Source: Bacteroidales bacterium
Lineage (GTDB): Bacteria; Bacteroidota; Bacteroidia; Bacteroidales; Muribaculaceae
Direction of reading: 5' to 3'
DNA: 64,000 bases
Assembly (NCBI GenBank): GCA_900769345.1
Contig: CAAGGJ010000164.1
Span: forward strand, 15,654 to 79,653
Numbering within the stretch: the stretch's first letter is position 1; the number at the start of each line of letters is the position of its first letter. The position numbers and the translations under genes are program-made. Below, piece by piece: positions 19,019 through 28,074 of the stretch. A model generated the notes under the pieces. The model was not told the origin of the DNA, made no database searches, and worked only from the letters and a program-made list of their open reading frames with translations.

Positions 19019-20263
19019 TTACATTTCCACCAAGCAGTCGTCGAGCTCTTTCTTGATGGCATCCTTATCGAGATGCTGCCCGATAAACACCAATTTCTGC
19101 TGACGGTCGCCATAGGTCTCGTCCCAGTCGCGGCGCAGAGTGGCGTCGGTTGCCAACAATGGGCGCAATTCCTCCTCGGGCATTGTGGCATACCATTGCC
19201 CCGCATTGCTCAGCGACACCTGCTTGCCGGCTTGCTCAAAGAGATAACAGATGTGCGATTCGCTCTTGAAATAGCACAATCCCTTGGCGCGAATCACGCC
19301 CTTGGGCCATCGGCGAGCCACAAAATAGTCGAAGCGTCCTATATCAAACGGTTTGCGCGCGCAATATACATAAGTGCCTATGCCATACTCTTCAGCTTCG
19401 CCCTCACCATCGTGATGATGGTGGTGATGGTGATGGTCATGATGATGGTGGTGGTCATGCTCATCTTCATCGTCGTCATCATCGTCATCGTGGTGGTGAT
19501 GTTCGTGGTCGTGATCATCATCTTCTTCGGGAGCACCTTCCACTTCGTGAATCCAGGTAGCCGAAGTAGCCACCTCATCGAAGTCAAATTTGCCTGTATT
19601 CACCAATTTTTCGAGGTCAACATCGCCGTAGTCGCACTCTATTATCTCCGCCTTAGGCTGCAATGCGCGCACTATCTGGCGTATGCGCTCCAGTTCGGAT
19701 GGCTCCACCATCGAAGCCTTATTAAGCAAAACGATATTGCAGAACTCAATCTGCTGAATCACAAGATTTTCGATATCCTCCTCATCGATGTTCTTTCGCA
19801 TCAAGTCGCCACCACACTGAAATTCATCTTTCAAGCGAAGCGCATCCACCACGGTGCAGATGCAGTCGAGTCGCGGCATGCAGTCCTGCATATATTCCGG
19901 ACCGAGCGCAGGAATGGTGTAGATGGTCTGCGCAATAGGCGCCGGCTCGCATATTCCGCTCGCTTCGATTACTATATAGTCGAACTTGCCCATCGAGGCT
20001 ATGTCGCTCAACTGCTGCACGAGATCCATCTTCAAGGTGCAACAAATACAACCGTTCTGCAGAGCCACAAGGCTATCGTCCTTGGCCCCAACGATGCCGC
20101 CGCGCTGTATCAAGTCGGCATCGATATTCACCTCGCCTATGTCGTTGACTATCACCGCAAAGCGTATGCCTCGGCGATTGTTCAAGATTCGGTTTACCAA
20201 TGTAGTCTTGCCGCTGCCAAGATATCCAGTGAGCAGCAACACAGGTATTTCACTTCTTTCCAT
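19019..20263 (-). CDS. COG0523-family (CobW/ZigA/YeiR-like) metallochaperone GTPase with a His/Asp-rich insert
   Basis: 414 aa with P-loop GYLGSGKTT and the metal-binding GCICC motif. The insert is EEDDDHDHEHHHHDDDDDDDEDEHDHHHHHDHHHHHHHHDGE, followed by a CobW C-terminal-like region. Confidence 0.9.
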   Translation of the reverse strand: MERSEIPVLLLTGYLGSGKTTLVNRILNNRRGIRFAVIVNDIGEVNIDADLIQRGGIVGAKDDSLVALQNGCICCTLKMDLVQQLSDIASMGKFDYIVIEASGICEPAPIAQTIYTIPALGPEYMQDCMPRLDCICTVVDALRLKDEFQCGGDLMRKNIDEEDIENLVIQQIEFCNIVLLNKASMVEPSELERIRQIVRALQPKAEIIECDYGDVDLEKLVNTGKFDFDEVATSATWIHEVEGAPEEDDDHDHEHHHHDDDDDDDEDEHDHHHHHDHHHHHHHHDGEGEAEEYGIGTYVYCARKPFDIGRFDYFVARRWPKGVIRAKGLCYFKSESHICYLFEQAGKQVSLSNAGQWYATMPEEELRPLLATDATLRRDWDETYGDRQQKLVFIGQHLDKDAIKKELDDCLVEM

Positions 20264-20351
20264 AACTAAAAATTTTTACTTATTAGAAAACATCTCGCAA
20301 ATTTACAAAAATCCGCCACAATGAGCAAAAAAATCCGCACACACACTTTTC

Positions 20352-20431
20352 GATGCCGATTTTGGACAGATTTAACATATTTTAGATGCCGATTTTGGGC
20401 AAAAAGACCTATTTTTCGATGCCGATTTTGG
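20352..20431. repeat. three direct copies of GATGCCGATTTTGG at exact 33-bp spacing
   Basis: The cores lie at 20352..20365, 20385..20398 and 20418..20431, each preceded by a T-rich 4-5 nt. They sit in the divergent intergenic region between the COG0523 gene and the COG1373 ATPase gene. Confidence 0.85.
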
Positions 20432-20440
20432 AAATTTTAG

Positions 20441-20448
20441 TATATTTG
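20441..20448 (+). promoter_or_regulatory. candidate -7 promoter box
   Basis: TATATTTG lies 24 nt upstream of the ATG at 20472 and immediately after the third direct repeat. Confidence 0.4.
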
Positions 20449-20471
20449 CACCCACAATCACATGATATACA

Positions 20472-21830
20472 ATGACATACTTCAAACGACATATCGACAT
20501 AAAACTACAAGAATGGAAAGACTCAGCTCGGCACCTACCGTTAATGATACGCGGAGCGCGTCAGGTGGGCAAATCCACTGCCGTGCGACATCTCGGCAAG
20601 TCATTTAAATATTTTCTCGAGATAAATCTTGAGAAACAGCCTTCATTGTGCCAATTGTTCACCGAAGATATCGATGTAAAGCGCACTTGCGAAAAACTGA
20701 GCGGTACGCTTGCCACTCCTATTATTCCGGGCGAAACTCTTCTTTTCATCGACGAAATACAGGTTAGCAAAGAAGCTATTATGGCATTGCGTTATTTTAA
20801 AGAAGACTATCCGGAGTTGCATGTTATTGCCGCCGGTTCGCTGCTCGAATTTACACTTCAGGAGATTCCTTCGTTTGGTGTAGGACGAATACGCTCAATG
20901 TATATGTACCCCTTTTCGTTCGACGAATTCCTTGCCGCTCAAGGTCTTGACCTCACCATCGACCTCAAAAAAAGCTGCACAAGCACTGAGCAACTCAACA
21001 ATGCTACACACAGCAATCTCACCGATTTGCTACGCACATTCTTTCTCGTGGGCGGAATGCCGGCAGCCGTAAGCGAATGGATGGAAACCAAAAGCTATCT
21101 CAATGTGGCACGCGTTCACAACGATATAATCAGCGCTTACAACGACGACTTTGTAAAATACAAAAAACGCATTTCGCCGCCTTTACTACGCCAAGTGCTC
21201 AAGTCGGTTGCCCTTCAAGCCGGGCAAAAGTTTACTTATTCGCAAGTCGACAAAGAGATAAAGTCTACTGTAATAAAGGATTCTCTTCATCTTCTCTCGC
21301 TTGCGGGTCTTGTGGTACCTGTTATACACACCGATGCCAACGGAATTCCACTCGGAGCTGAAGAAGACCCTCGATACACAAAATATCTGTTTTTCGACCT
21401 TGGCTTGATGCAAACTATGCTCAATACGCCTGCAGCCGACATTCTTATGGCCGATGAAATCGCTTTTGTCAACAAAGGCGGTGCATCTGAGATCTTTGCC
21501 GGCTTGGAAATGGTGAAATACTCCGATTGCTTCCAAAAGAACGAGATGCACTATTGGCAAAATATCTCAAAGAATAGTCAAGCTGAAGTGGACTATGTGA
21601 TAGCACGACAAGGTAAAGTGCTTCCCATAGAAGTTAAGGCGAGTACACAAGGCAGCATGCAGAGTCTTTGGCTATTTATGCGTCGACACAGCTTGAACCA
21701 TGCTATTCGCACATCGCTCGAGAACTTCGGACAATTCTGTTATACCGATAGCAAGGCCGAGAATGCCGAGCGGCATGTTGACATCGTTCCTCTATATGCC
21801 TTGAGCAATCTGTTTGAGCAACAATCATAG
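20472..21830 (+). CDS. COG1373-type AAA ATPase with a DUF4143-like C-terminal domain, orphan
   Basis: 452 aa with Walker A GARQVGKST and Walker B-like LLFIDEIQ. The C-terminal segment AEVDYVIARQGKVLPIEVKAS is typical of this family. Confidence 0.85.
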   Translation: MTYFKRHIDIKLQEWKDSARHLPLMIRGARQVGKSTAVRHLGKSFKYFLEINLEKQPSLCQLFTEDIDVKRTCEKLSGTLATPIIPGETLLFIDEIQVSKEAIMALRYFKEDYPELHVIAAGSLLEFTLQEIPSFGVGRIRSMYMYPFSFDEFLAAQGLDLTIDLKKSCTSTEQLNNATHSNLTDLLRTFFLVGGMPAAVSEWMETKSYLNVARVHNDIISAYNDDFVKYKKRISPPLLRQVLKSVALQAGQKFTYSQVDKEIKSTVIKDSLHLLSLAGLVVPVIHTDANGIPLGAEEDPRYTKYLFFDLGLMQTMLNTPAADILMADEIAFVNKGGASEIFAGLEMVKYSDCFQKNEMHYWQNISKNSQAEVDYVIARQGKVLPIEVKASTQGSMQSLWLFMRRHSLNHAIRTSLENFGQFCYTDSKAENAERHVDIVPLYALSNLFEQQS

Positions 21831-21932
21831 GCCTGAAACAGTTAGAACAACGGCGAGTTAGCATCCGCCAATCACAGATTTCAATCACTGTGGAGTCGGC
21901 AAACCAATATTTGGCGCCGGCAACAACAACTG

Positions 21933-21975
21933 CGAGAGCCCGATTCTTCGCCATTGGCGGCAAATCGGGCTCTCG
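21933..21975. terminator. hairpin between convergent genes
   Basis: CGAGAGCCCGATT (21933..21945) pairs with AATCGGGCTCTCG (21963..21975): a 13-bp perfect stem with a 17-nt loop. There is no strong T-run. Confidence 0.5.
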
Positions 21976-22002
21976 TTATGGTTGTGTTATTGCTCTCAGG
22001 CG

Positions 22003-23106
22003 TTAGTTGCGCAGAGCGAGATTATAGTTATAATACTTCTTATTGCCGGTGATATCAGCCACCACGCGCAAGAATGGCGGGAACTTCACATCTTCACCTG
22101 CCGGAATGCCTTTGGCTTCGAGTATCACAAGTCCCTCATGCACTCCGTGATAGGCATCGAGTTCGAAGAACTGACCCTTCCAGATAAAACTCTTGCGCAC
22201 CTTGTTGATGGTGGTGCGATAAGGGTCGGCTTGCTGAAGCAGCGACTGATATAGGTTGTTATTCACCTGACGTTCAGTCACAAGTTCCTCGGTGTCCGAT
22301 AGTTTCTTCTTGGTGAGGTGCACATTCACATATTTGCCATTCCAGCCGCGTCGGCGAAGGCGCACTTCGCAGTCGGGGTCGGCCACCAAATAGGTTTGAG
22401 TGATGTCGCTCTCGATGTATTCGGGGATTTCGCCCGTAACCTCCACTATATATTTGCGCTCTTCCTCGATAGGCTGAGGCAAACCGAGCACATTAGAGAT
22501 TTCCTTCAACACGCGATTGAGTTTGCTGTCGAAATTTTCGGCATTGTTAATCACTCGCATGTGTGGGTGTCCGCTCCACACCTTTATCACCTTCTTGTCG
22601 AGTTCGCGGGCTATGCGAAGCCCTTCCTCGTTAGCCTGCTCCAGTCGGGCGGCATTGGTGGCTGTGGTGTAGAACTGCTCGGCGCCGTTGGCAGCCGACA
22701 CCAAGTGTAGCACAGCGTCGTAGCGATTGCGCAGCTGATTGGTGTCTACACCCACGCTGGCTGTGATGCGCTCCCAGTCTTCGGGCTGAAGATAGGTGGA
22801 GATGTCGAGCGTTCCTCGGTCGCAGATTATCACGCATGGCTCGCTACAGGTCTCAGCCATTGCCATAAACTGGTCCTCGAGCATCAGCTGTATCTGCAAT
22901 GTGGCTTTCTCACCGGTGTAGAACAGATCTTTATTCTTGGTGAGGTAGTCCATACCCGCCTGAATGAGCATTGTGGGCACTTCGGGCACTGTAAACACTT
23001 TGTAGCCGAGACTCGAAAAGTGTTCTATCACTCTCACAAGTGCTGTGGTCTTGCCCGCGCATGGGCCGCCTGTTAGCACTATCCGTTTGATGTTTTTGTT
23101 TGGCAT
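22003..23106 (-). CDS. fusion of a P-loop NTPase/kinase-like domain (AAA_28/NadR-like) with a C-terminal CYTH (triphosphate tunnel metalloenzyme) domain
   Basis: 367 aa with Walker A GGPCAGKTT at the extreme N-terminus. From about residue 205, EEERKYIV gives the CYTH ExExK signature, followed by beta-strand-rich sequence (EVRLRRRG, VNVHLTKKK, FELDAY). Confidence 0.75.
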   Translation of the reverse strand: MPNKNIKRIVLTGGPCAGKTTALVRVIEHFSSLGYKVFTVPEVPTMLIQAGMDYLTKNKDLFYTGEKATLQIQLMLEDQFMAMAETCSEPCVIICDRGTLDISTYLQPEDWERITASVGVDTNQLRNRYDAVLHLVSAANGAEQFYTTATNAARLEQANEEGLRIARELDKKVIKVWSGHPHMRVINNAENFDSKLNRVLKEISNVLGLPQPIEEERKYIVEVTGEIPEYIESDITQTYLVADPDCEVRLRRRGWNGKYVNVHLTKKKLSDTEELVTERQVNNNLYQSLLQQADPYRTTINKVRKSFIWKGQFFELDAYHGVHEGLVILEAKGIPAGEDVKFPPFLRVVADITGNKKYYNYNLALRN

Positions 23107-23189
23107 ATAATCAGATTATCTCTTATATCTCTCTCATCGAAGCTACATCGGAGCACACCGATGCAGCTCGCATCAAGGGCCGAAAATGC

Positions 23190-23588
23190 TTACTTCTTTT
23201 TGCGTTCGAGCTGCATCACTTCGTTGCCTTGGGCATCCATGATTAAAGCCTTGTCGCCGTCGACCTTCACTGTAGCCACTTCGCCAAGTGCCTTGGTGAT
23301 GGCATCTTCTATCTCCATGCTGCCGCCCATCATCCGAGTCATTCCCATCGGACCGAACTTGAGCGAATCGCCTTCTATGCTATATGATCCAAAAAATGAG
23401 TTAACGCTTGCATTTCCGTTCACCTTACCCTTGCCGTCGAACATAATCTCGGCTTGACGGTCTCCGCCTTCGGTGCTTTTGCCGTTTACGTTAGTTATCA
23501 CCCATTCTCCGTCTACATTCACTGCACTGTGTGTCGAACAAGCTACCATAATCATAGCTGCAAATAAGAAACCTAATACTTTCTTCAT
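23190..23588 (-). CDS. META domain lipoprotein (HslJ-like)
   Basis: 132 aa with lipobox MVAC. The segments GEWVITNVNGK, FDGKGKVNGNASVNSFFGSY and LKFGPMGMTRMMG match the META domain pattern. Confidence 0.8.
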   Translation of the reverse strand: MKKVLGFLFAAMIMVACSTHSAVNVDGEWVITNVNGKSTEGGDRQAEIMFDGKGKVNGNASVNSFFGSYSIEGDSLKFGPMGMTRMMGGSMEIEDAITKALGEVATVKVDGDKALIMDAQGNEVMQLERKKK

Positions 23589-23637
23589 GTCTCTTTTTTA
23601 CTTTAAAATTTGTTTACCATACATTAATTCTCAGCCA

Positions 23638-23645
23638 CAAAGATA
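23638..23645 (-). promoter_or_regulatory. candidate -7 promoter box for the META gene
   Basis: The minus strand reads TATCTTTG, 50 nt upstream of the ATG at 23588. Confidence 0.4.
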
Positions 23646-23792
23646 GCAACTATTTGTCATTCACCCAAATCCACGCCCTCCACATATTGCATTTTTCATG
23701 CATATTCACAATATTTTACATTGACCCTCAGCCACAAAGGCATAATTAGGGAATATTTTCATTTATCCTCGCATAAAATATCACCAAAAGGC

Positions 23793-23836
23793 AAAAAAAT
23801 CACCCTGCCGGGGAGGATTAATCTCGACAGGGTGAT
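23793..23836 (-). terminator. rho-independent terminator of putA
   Basis: The minus strand reads ATCACCCTG-(20-nt loop)-CAGGGTGAT followed by TTTTTTT (23799..23793). It lies 60 nt past the putA stop. Confidence 0.7.
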
Positions 23837-23895
23837 CGATTATCGGTGTTCACTTGTTCCCCTTACGGAGTCAAGTGCCTTCGTGGTTCAAATCA

Positions 23896-26800
23896 TTATT
23901 CCACCGGTGGGATGCGCTGGATGCTACCGTAGCGGTGGTATTCGTAAGTTACCGATTGCTCCTTGATGTAGTGAATGAGTTCCACACGGCCACACTTGAG
24001 CGGAGCACCCGATGCGATGTATTTGTCGCACTCGGCAGCGCGTTCGTAGAGTGCGCGCGGTGCTTTATCCTTAGCCACCACTATGCGCACGCGGTCGTAC
24101 TTCGGCATCGATTGCAAGAATGTTTCCATCGTCTCTGCCACCATAGGCAATCCGAGGCGAGCCAAAGCCGAATGGTCGTCGCTCGGGTCATAGCTGATGG
24201 TGAGCGGTGTGCCGCACAGGCGTGCTCCTTCTGCCACCATTTCGGCATATTCGTTGCTGTCGCCGGGCAACAGGCGAAGCACCATGCTATCGAGATGACG
24301 ATAGCGGAACACGTTTTGCTCGCCCACGCATTGGTTCCAGTCGCGTGCATGGCGGAATTCGCTCTCATAGGCTTCGGCATAGCTCTTGCGCCAATCGGTG
24401 GTGCTACCGGGTTTATCCTTGATGTCGACGAAGCATGCCACATAGTTGGGACCTCCGGCTTTCACGCCGCCGCCGAATGCACTCTTCTTCATACCGCCGA
24501 ATGGTTGACGATTGACGATAGCGCCTGTGATACCGCGGTTGATGTAGAGGTTACCTGCCACTATATTTTCCTTCCAGTAGGCCTGTTCTTTCTCATCGAG
24601 CGATTGCAAACCGCTGGTCAAGCCGTAATCGAGGCTGTTGACCATTGCCACAGCTTCTTCAAGGGTATCGAACGGTGCCACGGTCAATAGCGGCGCAAAG
24701 AGCTCGGTGCGGAAGCTGAAGTTTTCGGGTTTTGCACCTATCTTGATGGTTGGAGCAAGGATATATTTCTTTTCGTCGACGAACTTCGGTTCCACGAGCC
24801 ATTTTTCGCCCGGCTCGAGGGTGAATGCTTTCTCGAGTTTGTCGTTGCGATTGGTAATCATCGGACCCACCACATTGCCGGCATTCCACACCGGACCTAC
24901 CTTTATCGATTCGGCGCAGTCCTTGAGTTTTGCCATAAACTTGGGATCGTTGTAGATAGAGCGATGCACAAGGAAGAGTGAGCAAGCCGAGCACTTCTGA
25001 CCGGCGTTGCCAAATGCCGAGTGGCATGCGTTCATTATTGCGTGGTCTTGGTCGCCCGAAGCGGTGAGAATCATAGCGTTCTTACCACCGGTCTCGGCGC
25101 TGAGCGGTGTGAGCGGTGCAGTGCGAGTGATGGCTTGAGCAGTGTCGGTGCCACCGGTGAGAATGATGTGCTTGATAGCGGGGGCTGTGGTGAGCGCCTT
25201 GAGTGCCGGGCGGTCGGTAATCACCACTTGCAGAGCTTCCTTAGGCACACCGGCATCCCAGAATGCCTTGGCAAACAACCAAGCCACCGGAGCAGCCACC
25301 GAAGCAGGCTTCAAAATACAGGTGTTTCCACCGGCAAGTGCAGCCACTACGCCGCCGCACGGAATTGCGCATGGGAAGTTCCATGGCGAAATAACCAATA
25401 TGGTGCCCTTAGCAGTGATTTCCACGTCGCTGAGAGCAGCAAACTTCTTCATCGAGGTGGTGTAGAAGCGGCAGTAGTCCACGCCTTCGCTCACTTCCAC
25501 GTCGCCTTCTACCACAGTCTTGCCGGTGATAGCGCACATCGAGCCTATCAAGTCGCCTCGCATCTCGGCGAGCAGGTTGGCTGCCTTATACATTATCTCA
25601 TGGCGTTGTTCCAGTGTGGTCTTGCGCCATCCTGCCGGATCTTCGTCGGCTATCTTGATGATTTCGGCTATCTCTTTTTCACCGGCACGGCACATTTCAG
25701 CCACTTGCACGGCATCGCCTTGACTGCGATCGAAGTATTTCTGACGGTCGACGGTCTCCACAGTCTTTGCACCTATCTGCAAAGGTATGATTTCAGGCTT
25801 GTCGGCTGCCGATTTCTTCCATTTCTTAAAAATGTCGGCTTGCCACTTCTGGTTTGGCACGAGGTCGAAGTCGGTGTCGGGTTCGTTCACCATTTCGTCC
25901 ATCGGTGGCACCGGAGTGTATGGTTTGTTGCGGTCTTGAGTACGGGCAGGGGCTTCGGTGACATTATCCTTCAACTTATAAGCCTCTTCGAACTGGCGTT
26001 CAAGCTGACGCCAAGTGTCGGTGTCGGGCTTAAGGTCGAATGAGTGAGTAAGGAAGTTGTCGGGAGCAGTCTGCTCGTCCATACGGCGAACCAAGTAGCT
26101 GATACCATACAAGAAATCTTCTTGCTTCACCACCGGAGCATATAGGATAACGTGGTTGCCGAGCTTACTCTGAGCGCGCCATACGTGGTCGGCCATACCT
26201 TCGAGCATCTCGAAGCAGAAGCAATCCTTAGGAGTGCCGAGCTTCTGTGTAAGCAGATATGCATAAGAGATGGTAAACAAGTTGTGCGAAGCCATACCTA
26301 TGTGCAAAGCCTTGGCATTTTCGGGAATCAAACCGCGTTCTATGAGTTTGAGGTAATTGGCATCTACGATGGTCTTATTGGGCAGCACCGGATTAGCCCA
26401 GCCGCGCAAGCTGGCAGTGATGGTCTCCATATCGAGGTTACAGCCCTTCACGATGCGCATCTTGATAGGTGCGCCGCCGCGTGCCACACGTTCCTTGGCA
26501 AATTCGAGCAGTTCGGTTTGGAAATTCCATGCATCGGGCAGATACGACTGCACCACGATACCTGCTTCGTAGTTCAAAAATTCGGGTTTGCTCAGGGTTT
26601 CCTTAAACACTCTGATAGTGAGATGGAAATCCTTGTATTCCTCCATATCGAGGTTGATAAATTTGCTTCGCTTCACGCCGTCGGCATCCACATAGGGGAA
26701 GTCGATAGCTTTCTGATAGAGGGCGCTCATGCGGCGAACAAGTTCGGGGAAGCTTTCCTCATAGTTGAGCGAATGAGTCTGAGCATAGATACCCGAGATT

Positions 26801-27333
26801 TTCACCGATATATAATTGATATCGGGTTGTTCGAGGGCATCGAGATATTTGTAGTAGCGAGCATCGGCTTCCTTATTGCCGAGCACCACTTCGCCCAGTA
26901 GATTCACGTTCTGACCGATTTTTTGTTCAAAACGAGTGGCGAGGTGCTTTGTGAGCTTAGGGCGAGCAGCGTCAAGAATCACGCGCGACGAGTCGCTGCG
27001 CAGACGCTTCTTGATGATGGGCACTGCTATAAAGTCGAAGTAATGTCCTATGGTCTGATAAAGTTTGAACAGAAAACGGTCGCGTGTGTTAAGGAACTCC
27101 GGAATACCGAATTCGTCAATCAAGTCCTTGATGCGGCGAGCAAGAATCTTACTGTCGCGAATTTGCGAACTCTCATCGAGCATCTTCACGAGGAATTGTT
27201 TGTCGCGAGGGCGCTTTACCATAGTGGCATATTTGCGCTGCTCGGTTCGTTCAGCATTGGTAATCTGATTCTGGCTTTCGGTGTAGAGTGTCATCATCCA
27301 CTCTTTCACCTCTTTTACAGTTGGGTTTGCCAT
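23896..27333 (-). CDS. putA: bifunctional proline dehydrogenase / L-glutamate gamma-semialdehyde (P5C) dehydrogenase
   Basis: 1145 aa. The N-terminal half is a proline dehydrogenase TIM-barrel type. The C-terminal half is an aldehyde dehydrogenase with SAETGGKNA and the catalytic-Cys motif GQKCSACS. There is no N-terminal RHH DNA-binding domain. Confidence 0.92.
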   Translation of the reverse strand: MANPTVKEVKEWMMTLYTESQNQITNAERTEQRKYATMVKRPRDKQFLVKMLDESSQIRDSKILARRIKDLIDEFGIPEFLNTRDRFLFKLYQTIGHYFDFIAVPIIKKRLRSDSSRVILDAARPKLTKHLATRFEQKIGQNVNLLGEVVLGNKEADARYYKYLDALEQPDINYISVKISGIYAQTHSLNYEESFPELVRRMSALYQKAIDFPYVDADGVKRSKFINLDMEEYKDFHLTIRVFKETLSKPEFLNYEAGIVVQSYLPDAWNFQTELLEFAKERVARGGAPIKMRIVKGCNLDMETITASLRGWANPVLPNKTIVDANYLKLIERGLIPENAKALHIGMASHNLFTISYAYLLTQKLGTPKDCFCFEMLEGMADHVWRAQSKLGNHVILYAPVVKQEDFLYGISYLVRRMDEQTAPDNFLTHSFDLKPDTDTWRQLERQFEEAYKLKDNVTEAPARTQDRNKPYTPVPPMDEMVNEPDTDFDLVPNQKWQADIFKKWKKSAADKPEIIPLQIGAKTVETVDRQKYFDRSQGDAVQVAEMCRAGEKEIAEIIKIADEDPAGWRKTTLEQRHEIMYKAANLLAEMRGDLIGSMCAITGKTVVEGDVEVSEGVDYCRFYTTSMKKFAALSDVEITAKGTILVISPWNFPCAIPCGGVVAALAGGNTCILKPASVAAPVAWLFAKAFWDAGVPKEALQVVITDRPALKALTTAPAIKHIILTGGTDTAQAITRTAPLTPLSAETGGKNAMILTASGDQDHAIMNACHSAFGNAGQKCSACSLFLVHRSIYNDPKFMAKLKDCAESIKVGPVWNAGNVVGPMITNRNDKLEKAFTLEPGEKWLVEPKFVDEKKYILAPTIKIGAKPENFSFRTELFAPLLTVAPFDTLEEAVAMVNSLDYGLTSGLQSLDEKEQAYWKENIVAGNLYINRGITGAIVNRQPFGGMKKSAFGGGVKAGGPNYVACFVDIKDKPGSTTDWRKSYAEAYESEFRHARDWNQCVGEQNVFRYRHLDSMVLRLLPGDSNEYAEMVAEGARLCGTPLTISYDPSDDHSALARLGLPMVAETMETFLQSMPKYDRVRIVVAKDKAPRALYERAAECDKYIASGAPLKCGRVELIHYIKEQSVTYEYHRYGSIQRIPPVE

Positions 27334-27425
27334 AGTGATATAGTTTTTATGAGTTGTTGTTTATGATAATCGTTTTATAGTAAGAGAAAAAGGGAAATAT
27401 TTCACATCAACCCCTGTGCATCATC

Positions 27426-27701
27426 TTAATAATCGTTCAGGCAGTCGTTCACCGCCTGATTTGCCATAAAGTTGATGCTGTCGGCCACCGTCACGCCTTT
27501 AGGTCGTGATGCCTCGAAGGCTTTGTGCTCTATGCTGTTATTTTGTCCGTTTTCTGCCTCATGCTTTGAGGTCATCCATCGTTTCACATCGTGGTGCGAT
27601 GGGGCATTTTCCGGATTCATTGCCCCGGCTCCCGTGTTAGCCACTTCGGCATCCGATGCCGCTCTCATTTCTCGAATAATCGATCTAAAAAATCTTTTCA
27701 T
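27426..27701 (-). CDS. hypothetical small protein (91 aa), uncertain
   Basis: It is the only sizeable ORF in the gap upstream of putA on the same strand. It is polar and probably disordered, with no signal peptide and no recognisable motif. Confidence 0.3.
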   Translation of the reverse strand: MKRFFRSIIREMRAASDAEVANTGAGAMNPENAPSHHDVKRWMTSKHEAENGQNNSIEHKAFEASRPKGVTVADSINFMANQAVNDCLNDY

Positions 27702-28074
27702 ATTGCACCCTGTTTATGGTTAATATTAGCCTTGCGGCTTATTATTACACGGCTTATTATAACTGACATCTCGCCTCACAAGAGACCTCGATGTTTACAT
27801 TATTTTTAACCGGTTGTGAAACAACAATAGCGTAATAATGCGAGTGCTTAGCTACATACTTTCAATCTACTTACAACTTTTGTTCTTTCGCTACAAATAT
27901 GAAACGTATTTTTTAATTTTCCAAACATTTTGCTATACTACCCCTACATTTTCCGACTTTTTGCCAAATGTTTCAGTACTTATTGCAAAATTTCCTATCT
28001 TCCTTATTTCCAACTCACTATCCAAACAGCGAGAAATGCATCAAAAAATCAAGTCGTTCATACTATCTCGCGCT

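Noticed and set aside
18878-20269. 463-aa plus-strand ORF, the longest unexplained ORF in the track
   Set aside because: It lies exactly antisense to the well-supported COG0523 GTPase gene. Its sequence is low-complexity (MVVMVMVMMMVVVM), mirroring the His/Asp codon tract, and it has no motifs. It is a shadow ORF.
20352-20431. CRISPR array
   Set aside because: There are only three repeats, with a 14-nt core, 19-nt spacers that are themselves partly similar, and no cas genes in the window. This is better described as phased direct repeats or a minisatellite.
23630-23740. Duplicated 13-mer CTCAGCCACAAAG (23630..23642 and 23727..23739)
   Set aside because: The first copy simply contains the -7 box of the META gene. 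The second lacks the TA of the consensus. This is probably a small local duplication of promoter DNA with no further structure.
23854-26901. Plus-strand ORFs of 278, 340 and 249 aa
   Set aside because: All are antisense to putA, whose dehydrogenase motifs are unambiguous. They are His/Cys/Arg-rich shadow frames.
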